A stretch of DNA of 64,000 nucleotides from NCBI GenBank assembly GCA_964490005.1, contig CAZBBB010000007.1, forward strand, positions 842-64,841, written 5' to 3'. Below, piece after piece: positions 8,079 through 15,822 of this stretch (positions are counted from its first letter, which is position 1; each line of letters starts with the position of its first letter). The stretch is from an uncultured Phycisphaerales bacterium (GTDB lineage: Bacteria > Planctomycetota > B15-G4). A program made the translations under genes and the position numbers. The notes under the pieces were generated by a model. That model saw nothing but the letters and a program-made list of their open reading frames with translations. It had not been told where the DNA came from and ran no database searches.

Positions 8079-11000
8079 AGGGAACGCGCGCGGCGGGCGG
8101 GCGCCGGGTCGGCCGCGCCCGCGGAGAAGCGCCGCAGCAGCCACTCCAGGCGTTCGTGTCCGGCGCGCGCCTCGCGCGGCCACTCGATGCGCCAGCGGCC
8201 GGGCGCCAGCGGGGTCAGTTCGTCGCGCGTGAAGGGGCTGCGCTGCGCCCAGCGCGGCGGATCGGACACCACGAGCACCGCGCCGCCGTGGCCGTCGGTG
8301 AGCAGCGAGGCGAGCCCGGCGAGCTTGACCGCGCGGCGCAACCGGAACAGGTCGAGCAGTTGCGCGGCCGGGCGCGGCAGCTTGCCGAAGCGGTCGACGA
8401 GTTCGCGCTGCAGCAGGTCGAGCCGGCGCCGGCCGCCCTCGGCCATGCGGCGCAGCAGGCTCATGCGCAGCCCCTCGTCGGGCACGTAGTCGACGGGCAG
8501 ATACGCCGTCAGGCCGAGTTCGACCTCGGTTTCGCCGGCCTCGTCCTCGACCGCCTCGCCGCGCGCGCTCCCGACCGCGCGCCGCAGCAGGCGGCAGTAC
8601 ATGTCGTAGCCGACCGTGAAGATGTGGCCCGACTGCTCGCCGCCGAGCAGGTTGCCCGCGCCGCGCAGCTCGAGGTCGCGCAGCGCGATGGGCAGCCCCG
8701 AGCCGAGGCGGCTGTACTCCTCGATGGCCTTGAGGCGGCGCTCGGCGTCGCCGGCCAGCGGCGCGTCGCGGGGCACGAGGAAGTGCGCCCAGGCCTGCGT
8801 GTGCTCGCGGCCGACGCGCCCGCGCAACTGGTGCAGGTCGGCCAGCCCGTAGCGGTCGCTGTCGGTGACGATGATCGTGTTGGCGCGCGGGATGTCGATG
8901 CCCGACTCGACGATCGAGGTGCAGACCATCACGTCGATCTCGCCGTCGGCGAAGGCGGCGACGGCGGCGCGCAGCTCGGCGGCCGAGAGCTGCCCGTGCG
9001 CCTCGCGCACGCGCGCGGTCGGCACGAGACGGCGCACGCGCTCGGCGACCGTCCCCAGCGTCTGCACGCGGTTGTGCAGCACGAAGACCTGCCCACCGCG
9101 GCCGACCTCGTGCAGGATCGCGGCGCGCAGCGCGCCGTCCTCGTCGTAGCCGACCTTGGTGATCACGGCGCGCCGGCCGGGCGGCGGCGTGCGGATGGTG
9201 GAGATGTCGCGCAGGCCCGACATCGCCATGTGCAGCGTGCGCGGGATGGGCGTGGCCGAGAGGGTCAGGACGTCGACGGTGGCGCGCAGCCGCTTGAGGC
9301 GCTCCTTGTGCGCGACGCCGAAGCGCTGCTCCTCGTCGACGATTAGGAGCCCCCGCTCGGTGAAGCGCACGTCGGCGCCGAGCAGCCGGTGCGTCCCGAT
9401 GACGATGTCGACCTTGCCGGCGGCCAGGTCGGCCAGCACCGCCTTGATCTCGCCCTCGCTGCGGAAGCGCGAGAGCACTTCGAGGCGCACGGGCTCCTCC
9501 GCCATGCGGCTCGAGAAGGTCTCGTGATGCTGCTCGGCGAGGATCGTCGTCGGCACGAGCACGGCGCACTGCCTGCCGGCCAGCACGCACTTGTAGGCCG
9601 CGCGCACGGCGATCTCGGTCTTGCCGAAACCCACGTCGCCGACGAGCAGGCGGTCCATCGGCCGGGGCCGCTCCATGTCGAGCCGGATCTCGCGCCAGAC
9701 GGTCTCCTGGTCGGGCGTGTCGGCGTGCGGAAAGGCGGCCTCGAAGCGCGCCTGGCTGCCGTCGTCGGGGGGGAAGGCGAAGCCCGCGCCGTCGGCGCGC
9801 CGGCTCTGCACCTCGAGCAGTTCGCTGGCCAGGTCGGCCACGGCGCGCGCGACCTTGTCCTTGCGGCGCTTCCAGGTGCGCCCGCCGATGCGGTCGAGCT
9901 TCGGCGGGCGCGCGTCGGCGCCGATGAAGCGCTCCACCAGGTCGATGCGGCTGGCCGGCACGTAGAGCCGCGTCTCCTCGGCGAACTCGAGCACGAGGAA
10001 GTCCTCCTCGCCCTGCTCGCGCGCGCGGCGCTCCATGCCCAGGTAGCGGCCCACGCCGTGCGTGAGGTGCACGACGTGGTCGCCGGCGTGCAGCTCGGCG
10101 AGATCGGCCAGAGCGCGCGTGGCGAGCACGCGGCGCACGGGGCTGCGGCGCACCGGCCGCCGGCCGATGAGTTCGTGGTGGTGCACGAGCACCGGCCCCT
10201 CGTCCGGCAGCGCGAAGCCCGTCGCGAGGCGGCCGACGGCCAGGTGCAGGCCCTCCCAGGGCGGCGTGCCGCGCTCGGCGAGCGCCTCCGCGAGCCGCTC
10301 GCACTCGGCCTGCGTGTCGGAGAGCAGCCAGACGCCGCGCCCGGCCCGTCGCCACGCGTCGAGCACGACGTGCTCGGGACGCCCGTCGCCGGCGACCGAT
10401 CGCAGCGAGAGGTCGCGCGCCGGATCGCCGAGGTCCAGCGGCCAGCAGTCGGCGCCCGGGCTCTGCGCGAGACGCGCGCGCAGCGCTTCGATCTCGGCCG
10501 GGTGGCGGCCGTGCTCGAAGGCGACCTCCGCGAGGCGGTCCTTCAGGCGCGCGGGGTCGAGCACGACGATCGGCAGCTCGGGCGGCACGCGCTCGAGCAG
10601 GCGGCTCGTGCGGCCGCCGGCGCGCGGCGCGCCGCCAAGCGGCAGGACGACCTCGTCGAGCACCGCCACCGAACGCTGAGTCTCGATGTCGAAGCGGCGC
10701 AGCTCCTCGATCTCGTCGTCGAGCAGCTCGACGCGCAGCGGGGCCGACGCCGCCCAGGCGTAGACGTCGAGGATGTCGCCGCGCACCGAGAACTCGCCCG
10801 GCGCGGCGACGAGGTGCGCGCGCACCAGGCCCGCGTCGAGCAGGCGGGCGACGAGCGCCTCGCGGTCGAGGCGTGCGCCGCGGCGCAGCGCGAGGCGCTC
10901 GCCTTCGTCGGCCGGCAGCTCCTCGAGCAGCACGGGCCCCGGCACGATCAGCCAGCCGTCGCCGGAGCCCTGCAGCTCGGCCAGCGCGACGAGGCGCTCG

Positions 11001-11314
11001 GAGCGGTTGGCCGCCAGCTCGGGGCCCTCGCTCAGACCCTCCTCCTCGACCGGCAGGAGCGTGACGGGGACGTGGGGAAACAGCAGCGCGAGGTCGAGCG
11101 TCAGCGCGTCGGCCGCCTCGGCGGCGGGCGCGACGATCAGCGCGCGGCCGCGGCCCGCCAGCAGCAGGCCCGCGACGAGCGCGCCGCCACTGCCCCAGGC
11201 GCCGCCGATCTCGTGGCGCGCGTCGGGCCGCGCGCGCGCCGCCCGCAGCACCGGGTGCGCGCAGAGCGCCTCGTGCAGCGCCCGCAGGGCGCCGGCGTCC
11301 TCAGTCCTCGTCAT
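8075..11314 (-). CDS. mfd: transcription-repair coupling factor
   Basis: 1079 aa. Contains an UvrB-homology N-terminal region, helicase motifs GDVGFGKTE and VDEEQRFG, a TRG-like region and a C-terminal domain typical of Mfd. Confidence 0.97.
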   Translation of the reverse strand: MTRTEDAGALRALHEALCAHPVLRAARARPDARHEIGGAWGSGGALVAGLLLAGRGRALIVAPAAEAADALTLDLALLFPHVPVTLLPVEEEGLSEGPELAANRSERLVALAELQGSGDGWLIVPGPVLLEELPADEGERLALRRGARLDREALVARLLDAGLVRAHLVAAPGEFSVRGDILDVYAWAASAPLRVELLDDEIEELRRFDIETQRSVAVLDEVVLPLGGAPRAGGRTSRLLERVPPELPIVVLDPARLKDRLAEVAFEHGRHPAEIEALRARLAQSPGADCWPLDLGDPARDLSLRSVAGDGRPEHVVLDAWRRAGRGVWLLSDTQAECERLAEALAERGTPPWEGLHLAVGRLATGFALPDEGPVLVHHHELIGRRPVRRSPVRRVLATRALADLAELHAGDHVVHLTHGVGRYLGMERRAREQGEEDFLVLEFAEETRLYVPASRIDLVERFIGADARPPKLDRIGGRTWKRRKDKVARAVADLASELLEVQSRRADGAGFAFPPDDGSQARFEAAFPHADTPDQETVWREIRLDMERPRPMDRLLVGDVGFGKTEIAVRAAYKCVLAGRQCAVLVPTTILAEQHHETFSSRMAEEPVRLEVLSRFRSEGEIKAVLADLAAGKVDIVIGTHRLLGADVRFTERGLLIVDEEQRFGVAHKERLKRLRATVDVLTLSATPIPRTLHMAMSGLRDISTIRTPPPGRRAVITKVGYDEDGALRAAILHEVGRGGQVFVLHNRVQTLGTVAERVRRLVPTARVREAHGQLSAAELRAAVAAFADGEIDVMVCTSIVESGIDIPRANTIIVTDSDRYGLADLHQLRGRVGREHTQAWAHFLVPRDAPLAGDAERRLKAIEEYSRLGSGLPIALRDLELRGAGNLLGGEQSGHIFTVGYDMYCRLLRRAVGSARGEAVEDEAGETEVELGLTAYLPVDYVPDEGLRMSLLRRMAEGGRRRLDLLQRELVDRFGKLPRPAAQLLDLFRLRRAVKLAGLASLLTDGHGGAVLVVSDPPRWAQRSPFTRDELTPLAPGRWRIEWPREARAGHERLEWLLRRFSAGAADPAPARRARSL

Positions 11315-13181
11315 CGTCGCCCGTCGCGGACTGCAGGCCGGCGCGCGCCCGCAGCGCCCGCAGCGCGGCGCGCGCGGCGCGCTGCTCGGCCTGCCGCTTG
11401 TTGCGCCCGGTGGCGACGGCCAGCTCCTCGCCGTCGACGACGGCCGCGACGGTGAAGGTCTTGGCGTGGTCGGGGCCGCTGGCCTGCAGCACGCGGTACT
11501 CGGGCGTGCTGCCGTCCTTGCCCTGCGTGAGCGTCTGCAGGTCCGACTTGGCGTTGGCGCTGCGATGGCGGTCGGACGAGGCCTCGATGAGCGGGCCGAA
11601 GTCGGTCTCGACGATGCGCCGCACGGCCGCGAGCCCGCCGTCGAGATAGACCGCGCCGAGCACGGCCTCGACCGCGTCGGCCACGACCGAGGGCGGGATC
11701 GATCCGATCGAGCGGATGCCGCCGCCCAGATCGAGCAGCGGCGCCAGGCCCCAGGCGCCGGCGATGCGGCGCAGCGCGTGGCGGCTCACGACCGCGCTCT
11801 TGATGCGCGAGAGCTCGCCCTCGTCGCGCTCGGGGTAGCGCCGATACAGATCGGCCGCGACGCACAGCCCGAGGATCGCGTCGCCCAAAAACTCGAGGCG
11901 CTCGTTGGGCGCCTGCTCGGCCGAGCGCGCCGACGCGTGGGTCAGCGCCGTCGCCGCCAGCGCACGGTCGTGGAAGGCGTGGCCGATGGCGTGCTCGAGC
12001 GCGGCGACGCGCGCGTCGAGCTGCGGGCTGCGCGCCGGCGCCGCGATCGTCACGCGCGCCTCGGCCAGCCGCCGGCTCTCGTCCATCGCGAAACGGTCGG
12101 TCATGCCGGCGACGTAGTCGCAGACGCTGCGCGGCAGGCCCTCGGCCTCGGCGCGCGCGCGGTAGTCGTCGGGCAGTTCGTCGGCGTGGCTCGCGTAGTG
12201 GCGCACGATCACGGCGATGGCCTGCCGCGCCGTGGCCGCCGAGCGCAGCACGCGCGGGTGCCGGTAGAAGCGCTCGAGCAGGAAGCCGCCGAGCGCCGCG
12301 TGCAGCCTGGCCCGCTCGGGCGAGAAGCGCACCAGCCTGCCTTCGCGCGCCGCGACCTGCTCGGCGCTCGTGCAGCCGGAGGCCGCGATCGCCGCCGACG
12401 CGCTCGCCACGATGTCGTGCAGGCTGGCCTTGACCATCACGTTCAGGATCGCCTTGCGCGCGTGGCGATCGCCGCCGCGCCCCGCCGCGCCGGCCTCGTC
12501 GCGCGCGCGGCGCCAGATCTCGAGTTCGTCGAGTTCCTCGGCGCGCAGGATGCCGGCGCGCAGTCCGTCCTCGAGATCGTGGTGCTGGTAGGCGGTGCTG
12601 TCGGCCAGGTCGACCACCTGCGCCTCGAGCAGCAGCCCCGGCGCGATCGGCGCGCCCCGTCCCGCATCGCCTCCGTGCTTGAGGATCGAGCGGCGCAGCA
12701 CCTGCGTGAGGTTGAGCCCCGGGCGATCGGCATACGGGCTCTCGAGCACATCGACGATGCGCAGCGCCTGCGCATTGTGATCGAAGGGCACGCCTGCCTC
12801 CTCCTCGAGGATGCGCTCGCCCTCGTGTCCGAAGGGCGGGTGCCCGCTGTCGTGCACCAGCGCGAGCGATTCGCCCACCGTCTCGTTGAGCCGCAGCGCC
12901 CGGCACAGAAAGCGCGCCATCTGCGCGACCTCGAGCGTGTGCGTCAGCCGCGTGCGGTAGAAGTCGCCCTCGTCGATCACGAAGACCTGCGTCTTGTCCT
13001 TCAGCCGCCGGAACGCTCCGCAATGCACGATGCGGTCGCGGTCGCGCACGAAGGCCGTGCGGAACGGATCGGGGGGCTCGGGAACCGGGCGCGCATCATG
13101 CGCGTCGGAGAAGCACGCCGGTGCGATGAGCGTCGCGCGCTCGGCTCGCTCGGCGTCCTCGCGCGTGGCGATGGACGACAT
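11301..13181 (-). CDS. single ORF fusing a dGTPase-like HD phosphohydrolase (N-terminal, about 376 aa) to ribonuclease III (C-terminal, about 250 aa)
   Basis: N-terminal part has RLTHTLEVAQ, HDSGHPPFGH and DYVAGMTDRFA (Dgt family). C-terminal part has the RNase III signature ERLEFLGDA, ADAVEAVLGAVYLD and a dsRBD (PEYRV...GPDHAKTFTV...NKRQAEQRAARAAL). There is no stop between the two parts. An internal in-frame GTG lies at 12053. Confidence 0.85.
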   Translation of the reverse strand: MSSIATREDAERAERATLIAPACFSDAHDARPVPEPPDPFRTAFVRDRDRIVHCGAFRRLKDKTQVFVIDEGDFYRTRLTHTLEVAQMARFLCRALRLNETVGESLALVHDSGHPPFGHEGERILEEEAGVPFDHNAQALRIVDVLESPYADRPGLNLTQVLRRSILKHGGDAGRGAPIAPGLLLEAQVVDLADSTAYQHHDLEDGLRAGILRAEELDELEIWRRARDEAGAAGRGGDRHARKAILNVMVKASLHDIVASASAAIAASGCTSAEQVAAREGRLVRFSPERARLHAALGGFLLERFYRHPRVLRSAATARQAIAVIVRHYASHADELPDDYRARAEAEGLPRSVCDYVAGMTDRFAMDESRRLAEARVTIAAPARSPQLDARVAALEHAIGHAFHDRALAATALTHASARSAEQAPNERLEFLGDAILGLCVAADLYRRYPERDEGELSRIKSAVVSRHALRRIAGAWGLAPLLDLGGGIRSIGSIPPSVVADAVEAVLGAVYLDGGLAAVRRIVETDFGPLIEASSDRHRSANAKSDLQTLTQGKDGSTPEYRVLQASGPDHAKTFTVAAVVDGEELAVATGRNKRQAEQRAARAALRALRARAGLQSATGDDDED

Positions 13182-13374
13182 GGGGGCAGCCTCTGGAAGT
13201 GTCTCAGGGCCGCCCGTGGCGAAAAGTCACCGGGCGCTGACTCGCGGAGCCCGGTGGCCTGCCGTCACGGACGATGGGACGCGGCATCGTAGCACCGGGG
13301 CGGGAACGGCGTCGGGCGGCCGTGCGCGACGGCACATCACGGCACGGCGCCGGGCGGCACCCGCTCAGGGCGCT

Positions 13375-13491
13375 CGCGCGAGGGAGTGCCCCGAGGCTCG
13401 GACAGACTCCCTCGCCTTCGCGAGCGGTGACGGTGAAGCTGTCACCGCTCTCGAAGGCTACGAAGCTCGCCTCGGAGCACTCCCTCGCGCG
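13375..13491. repeat. two-tier imperfect inverted repeat (long hairpin) in the divergent intergenic region
   Basis: Outer arms 13375-13397 and 13469-13491 pair at 22 of 23 positions. Inner arms 13415-13431 and 13441-13457 pair at 16 of 17 positions, with a 9-nt apical loop. All pairs checked by hand. Confidence 0.9.
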
Positions 13492-13600
13492 CCGCCCGCC
13501 GATGCACGGGGGGTGGCGGGGGGCGCGAACTGCGGGACGGGGCGTGTCGAGCGGCGGATCGGGCGTGAGTAGCATCTCGTTGAGACGAGAGGAGGTCATC

Positions 13601-14974
13601 GTGAAGGCTTCGTCGGTACCTTTGCAGAGTGTGGTGGCGCTTGCGTTCATCACTTGCATCGGATGCATGGCTCCTGCCGTGATCGAGACGGCATGGGGGC
13701 CGGCCCACTGGGAGCACGCACTCGCTCCGGGGGTCGTGGTCGGCTCGCTGACATGCATCGACGATGTCGACGGCGACGGTTGCGCCGAGATCGTGGCGAG
13801 ACTCTCGACCGACCGCGCGATGAATGGCGAGCAAGTGCATGACGAGAGCGGTGCCGAACTCGTCGCGATGGATGCCGAGCGCGTGCTCCTGCTGAGCGGC
13901 CGAACGGGAATCGTATTGCGTACGATCGCCTCCGAGCACGGTTCGTGGTCTTTGGGGCAGTCGACTGCCGTGCTCGGGTCGGGTGACGGCGGGCCGCACC
14001 TCGCGATCGGGGATCCGGATGCCGAGGGCCTCGCGGGCCGGGTCGTGCTGTGCGCCGCGACGGCGTCGGACGGGGTGAGGTTCATGGCGGCGCCCGAGGG
14101 TGCACGAGGATTTGGAAGGGGTCTGCTTGCGACGCGCGATCTGGACGGAGACGGCGAACGCGACCTGCTTGTCGTCGCGCCCGGCTCATCGGGCCGTCAT
14201 GGACTCGTTGGAGCGAGCGCGATCTACGCCATGTCCTCGCGTCGGGACGAGATGCTCTGGGCTCTTCACGACGATCGCCGATACGGGTCGGCGCTCTGGC
14301 CCATGAGCGCGGCCGGCGAGTCGGCCTCTGACGCGCTGCACGTTGCGGCATGGGGCGGCGGACAGGCCAACTGCCCTCTTCGGGTGTTCTGCTTCGACGT
14401 GCGCAGCGGTGCCATCGTGTGGGAGTCGGAGCTGCGAATCGAGCCCTACGAAATCGGCAGCATCCTGCGCGGAGTGTGCGTCGGCGATGTCGATGGCGAC
14501 GGCGAGGTCGATGTCGTCGTGCTGGTGAGGACTGGGCCTCGGGGCGGAGGCAAGCAGAACAACACACTAGTGGTGCTGTCCGGCGCGAGCGGCGACGTGC
14601 TTGCGAGTTGCGCCACACGCGAAGGCTGGCGCTGGATGGCCTTCGACCTGGTGCCGTTCCGATGGCATTCAGGTGCGGACTCCGCGGCCGGCCTGTTGAT
14701 GCTGACCTGCGTCGATGAGGCGTACGGACCGCGTTGGTCGAAGGGGCTCGACCTCACGCGCTTCGCACTCGGCCACGTCGATGATCGCGTCTCGTTCGCG
14801 GTGTCCGCGCACCGCTTCGTGGCTGCTGAGGGCGACGTGATGGCATGCCTGCTTGCGGACGATGCCGACCCGTTCGCCGCATGGCCAAGGCCGGTCGTCG
14901 CCATCGCGCGGAGATCGCCCGGCGAACTCGTGCGCACGTCCATCATCGTGCTTCCGTCACCAGGCGGAGACTGA
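13601..14974 (+). CDS. FG-GAP/VCBS-repeat lipoprotein
   Basis: GGAGG lies 5 nt upstream of GTG 13601. Signal peptide with a lipobox-like ALAFITCIGC. Repeated Ca-binding-type DxDGDG motifs (DDVDGDGCAE, RDLDGDGERD, GDVDGDGEVD). The track ORF start (13274) adds Arg-rich junk. Confidence 0.8.
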   Translation: MKASSVPLQSVVALAFITCIGCMAPAVIETAWGPAHWEHALAPGVVVGSLTCIDDVDGDGCAEIVARLSTDRAMNGEQVHDESGAELVAMDAERVLLLSGRTGIVLRTIASEHGSWSLGQSTAVLGSGDGGPHLAIGDPDAEGLAGRVVLCAATASDGVRFMAAPEGARGFGRGLLATRDLDGDGERDLLVVAPGSSGRHGLVGASAIYAMSSRRDEMLWALHDDRRYGSALWPMSAAGESASDALHVAAWGGGQANCPLRVFCFDVRSGAIVWESELRIEPYEIGSILRGVCVGDVDGDGEVDVVVLVRTGPRGGGKQNNTLVVLSGASGDVLASCATREGWRWMAFDLVPFRWHSGADSAAGLLMLTCVDEAYGPRWSKGLDLTRFALGHVDDRVSFAVSAHRFVAAEGDVMACLLADDADPFAAWPRPVVAIARRSPGELVRTSIIVLPSPGGD

Positions 14975-15015
14975 CTCGCCTCCGATCACTCGCGTGTGGT
15001 CGCTGCGATGCGCGG

Positions 15016-15636
15016 CTAGTTCGCGTCGGGTATCCAGGTCGCGGCGGACTCGAGGCGGTCGATCGCGTTCAGCACGGCCTTGAACGTCGGGTGCTCGTCA
15101 TCGTCGAGCAGGACCATCGAACCGAGAACGCAGTCGGGGCGATCGCGACGACTCACGAAGACGAAGGCCGTCTCGCAGTGCGTGCCCCAGGTCGTGACCG
15201 CCTCTCCTTCGAAGCGGAAGAGGCCCGACTCCGCGACTACGCGGGTGAGCGCATTCCACTGGTCCTCTGAGACGGTTCCGTACGCCTCGGACGACTCACG
15301 AGCCTTGAATGAGCCGATCCCTTCGGGAGGAGCTTCAATGGGGACGCGAATCGAGCGCTTGGCGGAGAGTCTGTCCCGAATCACGATGTCCTTTTCGACG
15401 AAGGACATGCCGCCCGCGCTTCGTTCGAGCCGTATCGCCGTGATCGTGCTGGCGTCCGAGGCCCACTCGGGTGCGGGGCCGGCTCCGTGGCACGCATCAC
15501 AGCGCATCTTCGGAAAGAACGCCATCGCTTCCTCGGCTCGTGCCAGCCCTGGATCGATGGGCTCGCGAGGCTCCACCGTGCAGCCGACACCGGCCCACAG
15601 CGCGACGCACAGTGCGAGCAGCCGTCGTGAGGTCAA
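15016..15636 (-). CDS. lipoprotein with a single CxxCH haem-c-type motif
   Basis: TTG start. Signal peptide plus lipobox (LLALCVALWAGVGC). The motif FFPKMRCDACHGAG is present. Lower GC and ordinary amino-acid composition support coding. Confidence 0.7.
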   Translation of the reverse strand: MTSRRLLALCVALWAGVGCTVEPREPIDPGLARAEEAMAFFPKMRCDACHGAGPAPEWASDASTITAIRLERSAGGMSFVEKDIVIRDRLSAKRSIRVPIEAPPEGIGSFKARESSEAYGTVSEDQWNALTRVVAESGLFRFEGEAVTTWGTHCETAFVFVSRRDRPDCVLGSMVLLDDDEHPTFKAVLNAIDRLESAATWIPDAN

Positions 15637-15822
15637 GCGTCACGCTCGCCGTGCGGAGGTTGAGTGCGCACCGGTTGCGGCAATCCGGACGCTTGCCCCA
15701 AGCATTGCGTGCTCATGCGCCGACCATGCTACCCATGTTATTGGGGGCGATGGTCGCCGCGCATGCGGGGTGCGTTGCGGCGGAGCGGGAAGGCCTCTGC
15801 TCGCAATGTCCGGCGAGGATTG

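Noticed and set aside
5403-8489. A 1028-aa plus-strand ORF, and similar very long ORFs: 648-2228 (+), 9389-11455 (+), 10773-13292 (+), 24361-26199 (-), 26203-29328 (-), 34924-37386 (-), 38463-40670 (-) and 52343-53920 (+).
   Set aside because: All lie antisense or out of frame to genes with clear family motifs. Their translations are Arg/Ala/Gly/Pro/His low complexity with no motifs. Such stop-free shadow frames are expected in DNA this GC-rich.
8079-10355. The upstream 760 aa of the 1102-aa ORF 7047-10355.
   Set aside because: It overlaps mfd in another frame and is Arg/Pro/Ala junk. A signal peptide begins exactly at the ATG (8078) that overlaps the mfd stop.
13204-14085. A 293-aa minus-strand ORF and the 13274 start of the plus-strand ORF across the 13.2-13.6 kb intergenic region.
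   Set aside because: Both cover the long hairpin and have Arg/Pro-rich translations. The plus-strand gene has a strong GGAGG-GTG start at 13601 followed by a signal peptide.
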